From Balanoglossus misakiensis (lineage: Eukaryota > Animalia > Hemichordata), in NCBI GenBank assembly GCA_040954595.2, contig CM082576.2, positions 2,640,760 to 2,704,759 of the forward strand: a DNA stretch of 64,000 nt, in the 5' to 3' direction. Positions 27,377 through 39,360 of this stretch are shown piece by piece (the first letter of the stretch is position 1; each line of letters starts with the position of its first letter). The notes under the pieces were generated by a model, which was given only the letters and a program-made list of their open reading frames with translations, made no database searches and was not told where the DNA came from. A program made the translations under genes and the position numbers.

Positions 27377-30300
27377 GATACCAATGCTAAATATCTACAT
27401 GGTAACCAAGGACATCCTCTGCAAATACATTCAAGTAATTTTACACCGAGAACCCAAGAGTTCTGACAAGAACTTGTTGACAGTGACACTGTTGCTGAAA
27501 TGTCAAAGTAGGATGCGCCTTAAAACTCATGTCTGTTCATAGTTATAACTTAAAATAAATACCTGCACGCAAAGCATGACAGTGTTAGTCGCTTTATGCG
27601 GGCTTTTGTACTCTCTGTTTCAAAGAAATCAAATGACAAAAACGTTTGGTCCATAATTTTGCACAAAATACACAATTTGACTTTAAAGTAATCCCAGTGG
27701 TGTTTTTCACTATAGTAGACATTATCTTTTATTTTAAATTTTCCTCAAAGTTCTAGAAAGGCTGCAATATCAACAAGATCCCCCCTCCCCTCAGAAAGTT
27801 GACGCATCATACCCTGAAACATAACATTTACACTGCTCATAAGATATATTATACAGCTGCTTTAGCCCATCAAAATTGTTCAACTTAAAGTGGGGAAACA
27901 TCCGCACGAGAAAGTAAAAACAGAAAGAAAGGCTTGAGCTACCAGGAATGCAAAATGAATATCCTAAAGGAGATATAGGAATGTATATCACAGATTGTAC
28001 AACAGTGCTGTAACCAATGAACATGAGAAATAAACTATCATAACTACCTATTACCAGTCAATACCACTGTTAACTATCTACTAGTTACCATTTGGCAAAC
28101 CACTTATTAGTTATCAAGATGTGCTGTTTTAAATCTGATTTACACTTGCACTTACGCTCTGGAGATTCAAAACTACATTCGTCACCCGACTTTTCCTTCA
28201 AACACTGGCTCACAGTCATCGGAAACATGATCAGAAAAAACACGTCAGAATTCTTGGCACACTCAAAAACACTGTGACATTCTCTCACCATCACAGAATT
28301 CAACGACGATGATCAAAAACATACTTTGTCATGTGGCATGGCACAAAACGGACTCTCCCATGATCCTTTGCAACATTCTTGTAAGATTCTGACAAGTTTG
28401 GCATTTTTTCTGAAGTATTGATTTAGGAAAGCAAGTGTGCACACTCTGTGCATTGCATTTTGTTCGTTAAATGAAATTTATAAATCAAGCAGTAAAATTG
28501 TCTGGCATAAATTTATGAAGACTGACTGGTAAGAGGTGAAAGTTAGCAGTGTTCCTGCAATGAATCATGGGACTGAGACACGCCAACTGGCACATGCATT
28601 TCACATATGCCCCATTCCACATTAAGTATGCCGCGATCACGTCTTCTCATAATGGCACATGACAAAAAAAAATATAGCACACAAACTGGCAAAGTTCACA
28701 TTACAATTGAAAGTTCGCTTGGTCCCAGCTGTAACTATGACCAACACAATATGCACACTGTGACTGTTTTCAACAGTCCATGCAACTGACACACAGCAGT
28801 AATATTATTAGTTGTAACAGAAATGTCACCAAGTACCTGTTGCCCCACCCTGATTTTCTGAGAAACACCATTGAATGGTGTACGTATTTCTCATTAAAAA
28901 AACAACAGTTTATTAACTAGGTCAGAACACCATGATTATTGATGTCAAACAGAGACAGCTCACATGAGCTCTGTCTGAACAATTGTATCTGTATTCCTTT
29001 AAAAGGTATGGTTGTATACAATGAAAACAGAGGGGTAAAATTTCCCCTAAAGTTTTCCAATACTGTAAGTACAATACTTGGTCATTATAGTTATACCCTG
29101 CATGCAATGAATTAGGTGAATCGATCTGAACCAATCTCCATTACTGGTATAAACAGTTGTGATTACTAGTAAGAATACAGATGAAGTGACTTCCCTCAAG
29201 AAATTGCATTCACCTGTGTCTATTTTACATTTCATGACATTTTTACTGCTGTGTGCAGACATCAAAAATAGCACACTGACCATAATAGACTTATACTGAC
29301 CTTCAAGCATTACAAACACATGTACAACATCACAGTACAGTGCCTATCATGACAAAATACTACCATCTACACAAAATTAAGCTGCTTTTGGGCAATGTGA
29401 CAGGGTTTTTAGTACTCCAAACCTTGAAGCCCAAGACCCCCCAGTTAAAACAACCACTTTAGTGGTATTAAAGACATGCCAATTTCAAATTCTTAAAATT
29501 CACTGTACTTGGAAGAATTTCAACTTGCTCTGAATTTGCATAGACAGGACTACCTGAAGTTTTAGGATGGTCGTACGCCAGATCAAAAAATAACTTTGTG
29601 GTACAATTCCAAACTGAAATGCTGAGTCAGAGATTTTCACTTCTGCCTCAAGAGGGCGCTCTACCTCACGCCAAGAATCTAAATTTGCCACTCATCAGGG
29701 GCTGAAACTGACACTCTTTGAGTTTGTCAAGTGGGTTTTTTTTCCCCAAACCACAGCCCCAAATCTAGGTTTGTCAGACAACGAAAAACAATGGCAATGA
29801 CTGAAGAAGTCTTGTGCACAGTTTGGAGTACTAAGAACCCACAATGAAACAATAATTAATCTTTTTCTTGGAAAAAATCTGATAAACATATTAAATATAT
29901 GCACTGTACATTCATTCAAATCTCTTTCATAAAAATATACACATCTTTCAATGGCAAAACAAAAAAATACTTGACAAATTTTACAAACTCATAAGTCAAA
30001 ACATACAAAATAAAATCTCTCACAAAGGTTTCTCACAATGAACTTTACAGAACTCAAAAATAAATTTATCATACAAAACAAATTTGAATCTGTCATACAA
30101 CACAGAATGAAATCTATCATACAAAATATACAATGACTCAAAAACAAAATATATTCACAATATCATACATGGATACACAAACGTACAAATCTTATATACA
30201 AAGCTATCATACAAAAGTTATATATATATTTTTTGAATATATATATAGTCAAATATTGCATCACTTTCATAAATATATAAAACTTTGCACATCTTGATGT

Positions 30301-31550
30301 AAAAAAAGTATAAACTTTGGTTTCAGAAATGGTAACTTCAAATATACATATGATTGTTCTTGTATTTCAGTTGTTAAGAAAAAAGATTACATTTTACAAT
30401 TTCTTCAAGTCCCACAATTCGTCCTTGTCTCATTAGCAAAATATTTCACATCAGTTTAAAAAAATACTGATTTCTGATTTAAAAATTCAAACCTGTGTCA
30501 AGGTTCTTTTTACATATGTCACAAAGAGTACAGCTTTTGATGAGTAATAAAATCTCCTGTGATTGATTGATTGTGAATGACTACAACAAAAATGCTTTTT
30601 TTCACAAAAACACATTGAGTAGTTGATTTTTCAAAAAAATAATGATTTCTTATGAAATTTCTCATTTTAACCATTTGTGGTTTATATTTCAATGTTCTGT
30701 TTTGTTTATACAATTTCATTGATATTCCTGAAGACGTTTCTCAAACACTTTCAGGCAAACCATAACATTTTTATGATATGCAAGAGACCGAACATAATTT
30801 TAGACTTGAAGTTTGTATATGCGATCTTAGGCAGAATTTCATATGTTGATTCAAGCATTTAGATTAGATATTTATAATACTTAGAAATTTTCATTCTTTA
30901 TGGATAATAGAAGAAAAGTTTGGAGTATTAATGGCAGATAAGAATGCAAGTATATAGCACACACTTCTTGCTGAGAAAACCTCAAAAGTCAGCACAGGGT
31001 TTTCCCAAGAAATTGCAAAAATTAAGCAATATCACTGAAACCAAATTTCTTCATGAATAATGTTGAAATAAGAATAATATACACTAATTATAAAATGCCA
31101 TAATGACTTGTGGTTCACTGCAAATTGTTTGCCACAACAAACATTCTGGATGGTCGTGATTTTTACTATGGTGAATCACACCCAGGTCACTGCCTGGTCA
31201 AACTGCCTACAGAGCAAAACAAAGCCTAAAACCATCCAAGAAGGTGGGGTCACACACTGACAGGACACTGTCTGGACAAAAATTCAACCATGGCTTAGTT
31301 GCACTGATGTGATCGTGTACAAACTCGCAGTTCCTTTACATGGCAGTGAAGAGTTACTGTAAAGTCTTACAAATGACAAGTCATTTATGGCAGCTTTATA
31401 GGTACACCAAGAAAAAAAAGCTAAAATATGGTATACAGGACATTATGAGCCTGTATAAAAACTTTTGACAGAGGGAGAATAGTCCAAAAGCATGCAAAAT
31501 ATTACAGCTGAAATTTGCTGTAGCTTTCTAGCTGACAATGGCGGAAAAAA

Positions 31551-32174
31551 TCAGACCGGAGGGGGCCCCTTCACATACTTCAAACCGGGCTCCCAAGACA
31601 AGCTACTGAAGAACAACTGATCTGTCAAAGAGAAGTTACACTCGCCTTCCCAATTCTCAATGATGCTCGGCAAAACTATCACGATGAAGAAAAACAACAT
31701 GAGAAGGAAATGGATGGGGATGGCCACACACAAAACTCGACCAGCAAATGACTTCCGCGGCGAAATCGCGCACGGTCCGTCGGACATCGCGATGTCGTAG
31801 TCCTCCTCGTCATCCACTGAAACTAAACTGATATCAGTCTGCTGTGATTTGTCAGACATGATCTTCGGAGGTGATGGTGGTGATAGAACTTTCTCTGAAC
31901 TTTCGTCGCTGACACCAGTTTCTTTTGACTCCTGCCTCTCGACTTGGCCGATGCTTACCTCAGACCTGTACTGCTGCTCGCCACATACCCCATTCTTGAC
32001 ATCAGCCATCCCAGAGACCTCCTCCTCCTCCTCCTCATCATCATCCTCATGTACAGAAAAGCTACACACAGTGCTGAGAGACTCCTGGATACATGGCAGA
32101 AGTCTATCAACTCTGCGCAGCGAAAGTGGGGTTGATGTGTCCACAGGACTACCTTCAGTTAAATCGGCTTCACT
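31551..32174 (-). CDS. AKAP6: AKAP6-like KASH protein, last exon (TM + KASH domain)
   Basis: ttacag|SEADLTEGSPV..., TM RVLCVAIPIHFLLMLFFFIVIVLP, then luminal tail ...WEPGLKYVKGPPPV-TGA with the canonical KASH PPPX terminus. Confidence 0.9.
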   Translation of the reverse strand, partial: SEADLTEGSPVDTSTPLSLRRVDRLLPCIQESLSTVCSFSVHEDDDEEEEEEVSGMADVKNGVCGEQQYRSEVSIGQVERQESKETGVSDESSEKVLSPPSPPKIMSDKSQQTDISLVSVDDEEDYDIAMSDGPCAISPRKSFAGRVLCVAIPIHFLLMLFFFIVIVLPSIIENWEGECNFSLTDQLFFSSLSWEPGLKYVKGPPPV

Positions 32175-32787
32175 CTGTAACAAAAAAACACACACAGGTT
32201 ACTACACCATGAAAACCAAACATTCAGAGACCAGTGTCACATGTGGCACACCACTCAAAAAGAGATTACATTTCACACAAATCAAACCGCAACTGAATAT
32301 CACAGTAGGCTAAACTACTTTGTGTTGCTCTTTCCTTTTCCCACCAACAGGCTTTCTAATTTACTATTTGTTTTCCAAACCAGCAGAAAAAAATCCACAT
32401 AACCACAGCATAAATAAATTTGAGAAGAAATGTCACACCGTAAGTTTATTAAAAGAATCACAACAACAGCACAGTAGATACAAACTCTCCTCAGAGCACT
32501 GGATAGAGTTTACATGATGACTTACACAAAATTGGACACATTCTCCACTGTAAACATTAAAATGGGGGGAAATTTTGATATCATTATAAACCCAGGCAAA
32601 AAGAACTTGCATAAGTACCAGCACTGCACACAGTAAAATAAAATGCTACCAAAAGAGAAACCATTACACCAATCAATTTCATTCATCATCCATGAACATG
32701 AAAAATTCTTGTCGTAAATCATTAATAACTCTTTGTCACAGGTCAGGTTTAGAGGATAAAGGTCAAACTCTATCTAGTTCAACTTAC

Positions 32788-32928
32788 CTTTGTACTCTGT
32801 GTGGCCGAGAATCTGCCACTGTCTTGAAGATCGCTCCCATCATCCTCTTGCTCTTTTTTGTCATCTGCCTCGAATGTAGCCATGGAAACCGCTACATTCT
32901 CCTCTTCCTCATCAATGGCAATTTCTCT
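32788..32928 (-). CDS. AKAP6: AKAP6-like KASH protein, penultimate exon
   Basis: taacag|REIAIDEEEENVAVSMATFEADDKKEQEDDGSDLQDSGRFSATQSTK|gtaagt, 141 nt, phase 0-0. Confidence 0.8.
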
Positions 32929-33119
32929 CTGTTAGGAAGAGATAATGCACAGATGTAATTCTCAGCAACAAAAACTGACAAATTTTCCTTTTTCCTCAAT
33001 ATATAATTTACAGCATGTGATACTATGACCTACAGATAAGAAAGACAGCCTGAAAATTTGCTGATTTATATCCTCAGAGATAATGTTACAAAGATTACTT
33101 TTTAAAAGATTACATTTAC

Positions 33120-36100
33120 CTTGTCATCTTCTTCGTCGCTATCATCCATCTGGAGCGCAGACTTCAAGACATTAATCAGAGACTCTTCATCATCAGAGTC
33201 TTCAAATTCACTTGCCTCCCCATTATCATCATCATCTTCTTCTTCATCTTCATCACTGGCATCAAACCATCCATCATCTTCACTGTCACTGCCCTCATAA
33301 CTCACACTGCAATCATCCGACTTGTTATCTCCCTGGTAACTTGCCTCCATTTTGCTTGACAGCTGCTCAGTGGACTGACAGTCCAACTGTTGCTTGTTTG
33401 ACAAGTTTGCTTTTGCTCCACCATCACCATTATCACCAGATGTGTCTTCAATCTCACAACAGTCGCCATCCTCTGACGGAAGATAATCCAAGTACGAAGC
33501 TCCCAATTTTTCGCAGGTGCTGTCCCCCGCATTGCTCGACACATCACAAAGGAAACCACTCCCATCACCTTCATCCAAACAGACATCTTCTCTACAGTGT
33601 GTAAGAATGGCAGACAGTTGCTTCTTGTGTGACTTCTGTACTTTGGGGGTTAGTTGGCCCAAGACACAAGCCTCAGCAAGCTCAGCTATATAGGAACAGA
33701 ATACCGGCGAAGCTGTCACATTCAACCCAGAACTGACATCACTTGGCTTCATGGATTCGACGCTGTTTAACATATCTTCATTTCCAGAACCATCCACCAC
33801 ACAAGAAATATCACTATAGCATAAATCGCCTCTCTCAGTTGCAATCTCTTCTTCGCCTCCGTGTTGAGAGTCGCAGTCGCTGTGTTGCAAACTGCGATCA
33901 AAACCAATCTCCTCCACATCCGAGTTGACATCCTGGCTGTCGTTGATTTCATCCTTTGATCGCTCGAATGACAGAGTGTGAAACTCAAAACCAGCGCTCG
34001 AATTCTGAGACAAACTGGACCATTCACTGGTCTCTGCAGGACTCACCACCAGATTTACATCTTCCATGCAATCACCAAACTCCTCATCTTTGATTGCTTC
34101 CGAAATCTGATGTCTACCACCATTCTGATCATCCATGTTAGCAACTGTAGCAATTTGAGTACTCTCCCCTGCAGGACATAACGGCTCAGTTTCCACTTCT
34201 TGTATACTCTCCTCTACACAGTCACTGACACAGTGTTCACTTTCTCTCTGGCTCAATACATCTCTAGGGGATGGAGGCTGTGGAGCCCGGAATCTGGGAG
34301 TTGTCCAGGGGCTGACACTCGGAGAGTTTGGCGTCTTCGGGGTCTTTGGATACTCAAACTGATCTGTGCTTTTAACCAGTGGAGGGGAAACTGTTAACTT
34401 GTCATTTTCCATTACCTCTTCTTCCATATTCAGTGAGGCTAGGATTTCCAGTGCTTCCTGCTGAGTTGCTGGTACGAAAGATGATGATGACTTGTCGAAT
34501 ACCTCAGATTTTTCATCCACAGACAACGATGCAACAGTAGATGTTCTTGGAGTTGACAATTGGGGACAGACAGAGAGACGCTCAGGATCTTGACACAAGG
34601 GTGAGGCGATGGGTGTTCTTGGGGTGAACAGGAGTGGGTAGATTTCCATGGTCTCTCCATCTTCACTGCTCGGTGAAAAGACCGGGGTTCTCGGAGTTGC
34701 CAGTAGTGGATAGATGGCCATGGTTTCCCCGTCATCTTGCTCATCACTGTCTGTCGCCATGGTGACAGCTCTGGGGATCTTCAGATCCGGCTTCTTCTTG
34801 GCAAATTTCTGGACATCATCTTCGATGCACTCCACCTTCACGCTGGGAGGAGTCCATTCAATAGGCTTCACTTCGTCGTTTCCTTCTTCCACACTGCTAA
34901 TCAGTGACGGGAAGAACTTCGGTGCCGGTTTGGTTCCTACTTTCAATTCCGCATCCTCATCAGTTTCACTGAGTAGAGATGGGAAAAGCTTCCTCTTCCT
35001 CCCAACTTTGTCATCAGTTTTCTGATTTCCATTATCACCAGCTGTTTCATTCACCTCCATTGCAGCCTCGACCAGACTGCAGCTAACTGCAGTCTCAGGA
35101 CCTGCCTCCTCTTGGCTTCTACCTTCAGCATGGACTGGTTCTTCTGTCATCCCCTTTGATAGCATCTCGTCAAACATCTGCATCTCGGCCCGGGTGACTT
35201 CTGCTGCTACGTCCTGCAGCTCGGAGTTGATGAAGTTCAGTTCGTGCTTGAAGCTCTCACTGAGAATATTCTCTGTTGTACTATAGGCACTGACATCTGT
35301 CAGTACGTACTGCGCAAAGTTATCCTCCTCATCATCATCGCTGAGGTCAAGATGAAAGACGCCATCAACCATGTCATCATCATCACCACCATGTTCACTG
35401 TCTGCATCTCCATTTCCAGCCCTGGCCCTCGGAGTCTGCAACTCTTCATCGCTGAAAAAACCACCATTTTCATCTTCCAGGCTTGAAGGTTTGAAAACAG
35501 CTTGCTCAGTTGTGAGACTGCATGACGAAAAACTACTGACACTTCTAGGGCTGCAAGAACTCAGTGACTGGCTCCCGGAGAGAAACAGATTGTTGGGGCT
35601 GCCTTCAGGAGTCATCAGACTTGTCGTAAATCCGCTTGTCCTTCCATAGCTCGGCACTCTCCACATCCTGGCATCGTCTATCCTCACATCCGGCATTTCA
35701 AGCTCACACTTCTCTTCCTCTTGCTGACGGAACCTGTGGGGCATCAATGTATCCAACGCCTCCTCCACGGCCTTCGTCACCGCATCCACGCTCTTCGGAA
35801 ACTTCTCCTCAATCTGCTGATGCCTCCGGAAAATATTGGGCTTGGACTTCTCGACCTTGATTTCGTCTCTCGGGCTGCTTCCGCTGCTGGAGGTGCTAGC
35901 CAACGTGTGGCTTCTCTTCCTCTGTGTCGGCCTTCCGATGTTACAGAGAGAAGAGCTCTTCCCACTCCTGGGAGACTTGCTGAGAATGTCACTTCTCGGA
36001 GATTTGCTGAGACACGAGTCTTCAGCAAGCATCAGTCTTCCATCAACCACTTTTATGTCAGGGTCGGCCCTCACTGCAGGAAGCTTCCCATGTGTCTTAG

Positions 36101-36665
36101 ACTTCCTTTTCCTCTTCTTTTTCCCTTCTTTCTCATCCTCATTGCAGCTGTCCCTTCTCTTGGCCGGCTTGAGGACTTTCTTCTGCCTCTTTGATGCCAA
36201 GTCTCTCATCTTCTGCACTTTGTCCAAATCTTCCTGACTGATATCTTCCATGGGGAATATCTCGTCTTCCGGAAGGAATGTATCATACGGGAAGCTGCCG
36301 GACTCGTCAAATATGTCCCCATCCTCAAACTGGAGCTCCCTCTCCAGGGAAGAGTCATCGTCATCCTGGTCTTTCATCAAAAGCACATCATCAAATAAGA
36401 GCTCGTCATCCATTGTGATATCAGAAAAATCGCTTACGCTGAAAGCATCGTTTTCTGAGAATGCTTTCCTAACAAAGAGAAGGTCTTCATTCTCATGCAC
36501 TTGATTGCGATCATACTCGTAGTCCACCAACCCCTCCACAACTTTACTGGGAGCCATGTCGGTTGATACTCTCTCACTGGGACCGCAAACACTATCAGAT
36601 AATTGAGCCATCGTTACACTGGGTGTTGGTGGGGTAGACTTGCGACCATCATTCAATGTAGGTCC
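33120..36665 (-). CDS. AKAP6: AKAP6-like KASH protein, giant (3546-nt) acidic/Ser-rich low-complexity exon
   Basis: ttaccag|GPTLNDGRKS...EEDDK|gtaaat, 1182 uninterrupted codons, phase 0-0. Confidence 0.9.
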
Positions 36666-36858
36666 CTGGTAAGAATAAACAAATAGGAGAAAATCAGCCC
36701 CTGCAGAATTTGCAAACTAGAAATGACCACTTGAAGTCTGACTGTTCTGTTAAAAATGGTTAACAGTTCCACTTGTATCTCATAATTTAAAAAGATCTTC
36801 ACAACATTGGCATTTCCAACAACATTTCACTATATTCTGGTCTTATTATATACAATAC

Positions 36859-37074
36859 CTTGAGTGCGGTAAGTTTCTCTTCCAATTTACTGTGCAAGTC
36901 AATAGCTTGCATCAGAATAGCCTGCCATCTTCTTTCCAGGTTGACTGCAGCCAAAGCCAGAGTCTCCCGTTCTCTCTCAGTGTTACAAGCCCTTGCATCA
37001 TCTTGCAAGATATTGCAGAGCGTCAACACAGCTGTCACTCCTCTGGCGTGTTTCTCTATTTCAGACTGCAAAGC
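36859..37074 (-). CDS. AKAP6: AKAP6-like KASH protein, spectrin-repeat exon
   Basis: ALQSEIEKHARGVTAVLTLCNILQDDARACNTERERETLALAAVNLERRWQAILMQAIDLHSKLEEK versus recalled human AKAP6 RGVASILRLCQHLLDDRETCN...VNLERRWEAIVMQAVQWQTRLQKK. Confidence 0.9.
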
Positions 37075-37379
37075 CTAGAGTGTGATAATCAAATAAGAAA
37101 AATATCAGAATTGCCCCTCAAACATAGCCAATAGAGGTTATTTTGATTTGTTCACTATAATACACACTGTCAAACTCCCTGAAGTTCTTTAATAGACGAT
37201 AAAATTACATCAGTGAAAGCACTGCCAGAGAAACAGATTATAAATGTGAGCAATTTAAGAAATGTTCCTTGGAAATGATTTAACATCTTGATGACAAAAG
37301 TAACTTTAGCATTTTAATCGACTAAAATTATGCATGTATATAATATTTGCATAAAATTAGCATGATAAGACCAACACAC

Positions 37380-37724
37380 CTGGTGCTCTTCCAGCTTACT
37401 CTCCAATTCAGACACATCTGCAGAGTTCAAGCATTTGTTGTAGTTCACGTTGAACAACTGACACTCCACGTCATTCATCCACACCCTCAACCTCACAAGA
37501 ATCTCATCCAGCTCCTCCAGCATGCTGGAGGGACTGTTGCTGGGTGACGATGATATGGTATCCATGGCAATGTGGTCATGGAGGTTATCCCACTTCTTGT
37601 TGATGCTGGACAACTTGGAGGTGATCTCGGAGGTGAGGTTTGGGTAAGCGGTCATCAGACGGTGACCTTTAGAGTTGAGTGTCCGTCGTGTGACCTCCAG
37701 ATCTTTCATTTCGTGCTTGTACTC
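37380..37724 (-). CDS. AKAP6: AKAP6-like KASH protein, spectrin-repeat exon
   Basis: ttcacag|EYKHEMKDLEVTRR...KLSSINKKWDNL...LRVWMNDVECQLFN...LEEHQ|gtgtgt. Compare recalled AKAP6 KVDSINEKWELL and LKGWLRDTELFIFN. Confidence 0.88.
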
Positions 37725-38128
37725 CTGTGAATTTACAGAAGAATGGAAAGATTGTTGACTTGATCTCTCGCATGACACTCTTTTATTAACAATTAGCATG
37801 TAATGTGACAGACAAAGTTACCGCTAATTACAGGCACTCAGGAAGTGTGCACACTCTACCAGGAGGCGGGTGATGTAATCACTATCTGACAAGACACTGA
37901 CAACTTCAACGGATGCATTTCCGGAGTGCAGCTCCCTTCAGATGCAAATGCCTGAAAACCATAATGGCAGTGTGCCAAAAATAGGCAGTGGTACACGGAT
38001 GTTGGCACACACTAATTATTCTAATCCCCCAGAAGCAAAATAATAAAGACATGACATGATTTTCCTAATGGAACAAATCCCATACCCAATGGAGATTTGC
38101 AAAGTACACTCTGCATCAAGAATCTTAC

Positions 38129-38351
38129 CTTGCAGATTTCTTTGTATTGCTTCTGATTGACCAGGACATCAGAGTCTTTCTCCGTGATGACCAACTGCAC
38201 TTCATTCAGGAATTCAAACATGTCTTGGCACTGGCCGTCGAACTCCCCGACAACCTGACTTGCGTCGTTCGGTTCAGTGGCACCATCACTGCTGTTGTTG
38301 TCATCATCATCATCCCCCGTGTCCTCATAGCTGTTCAGAATGGAATCAAAA
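38129..38351 (-). CDS. AKAP6: AKAP6-like KASH protein exon
   Basis: tttcag|, phase 2-0: FDSILNSYED...VGEFDGQCQDMFEFLNEVQLVITE...EICK|gtaaga. Compare recalled AKAP6 DFDSEYQELWDWLIDMESLV. An alternative in-phase acceptor exists at 38330. Confidence 0.8.
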
Positions 38352-38555
38352 CTGAAAGCAAAACAGGGAAGAAACACAAATTAGATGCATAGGTGTTGAA
38401 TACTTAATACTAATATACAGATACATGCTACAATGATGCAAAAAGCCAAATCTTTTCTTCTGCAGATAAGCAGACATTGGTGGAGCTATGGTGCATCTAA
38501 ACAAAGAATTTGGCAGATTCCGCACAAAAACGTTCAAATGGATTTCTTGACCAAC

Positions 38556-38704
38556 CTTTGTCCAATGCTGAACGTTTCCATTTGTTTATTCAGAGCCGAG
38601 ATCTGACTTGCCATCGGTGAGTTCTTTCTCTTTTTGCTGTGCAATTTGAAAGTCAAATGATCCACTGCGTCTCTGGTTTGCTCCATTGACAGTGGACTTA
38701 GAAC
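38556..38704 (-). CDS. AKAP6: AKAP6-like KASH protein exon
   Basis: cacacag|VLSPLSMEQTRDAVDHLTFKLHSKKRK...GQ-AG|gttggt, phase 0-2. Compare recalled AKAP6 LEAQRDAVEQMSLKLYS. Confidence 0.82.
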
Positions 38705-38831
38705 CTGTGTGCACAAATGATATTCATTTGAAATTAACCAATTCTTGGGGAATTTTTTTATTTAATTTACACAAAATTGTTGCAGCCTAGACAATATCAT
38801 ACAGTAGGAGACAGGTATACGTTGTAATCAG

Positions 38832-38905
38832 ACAAAAGGGGAAATTTCATTTCAAAATTCATAATCATTGATCATGAATTTTCAAATGAAATTTCCTCTT
38901 TTTGT
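38832..38905. repeat. About 74-bp near-perfect palindrome (hairpin) in an intron
   Basis: acaaaaggggaaatttcatttcaaaattcataatca-t-tgatcatgaattttcaaatgaaatttcctctttttgt. The arms are reverse complements with about 4 differences. Confidence 0.8.
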
Positions 38906-39360
38906 GATATCATTGACAACATGTTCACACAGGAAATTGTTCTAAATTGTTCTCTACTACTTTGAGTAAACAGTTGGACAGAACAGCCGAATCCAGGTCA
39001 ACTTTTGACACACTAAAATTGTCGGTGACCATTTTGGCAGAAATAGTAGAGTTTGTCATGATTTTTAAACTTCCATGATTGTTATTTTGTTTTTTTTAAG
39101 GCCAACAGCAAGCACTTCCTGCCTTTTTCAGTTCATGAATGGAAAAACAGGGCAGTATACAATTATGTACAATTCATTTGCATGTTACAACAAAACAACT
39201 CACAGGAGGTAATTATAGCTTTGTGTCTATTCTAAGTGGAGGGAAACTTTTTAATTAATAAGACTGATGAGCACAGAACCGTGGATGCTGTTTTTCCGTG
39301 TAAGGTTTCTCTATTATTTTGAGTAATCCCGTCATGATTGCGGGCATATTATTAACTCAC

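Noticed and set aside
33212-36504. Multiple + strand and alternate-frame ORFs (His-rich, Ser-rich)
   Set aside because: Shadow ORFs of the giant acidic exon.
36505-36535. LVDYEYD as an equivalent of the kinesin-light-chain-binding LEWD motif of nesprins/AKAP6
   Set aside because: Similar position but it lacks the key Trp. Too weak to claim.
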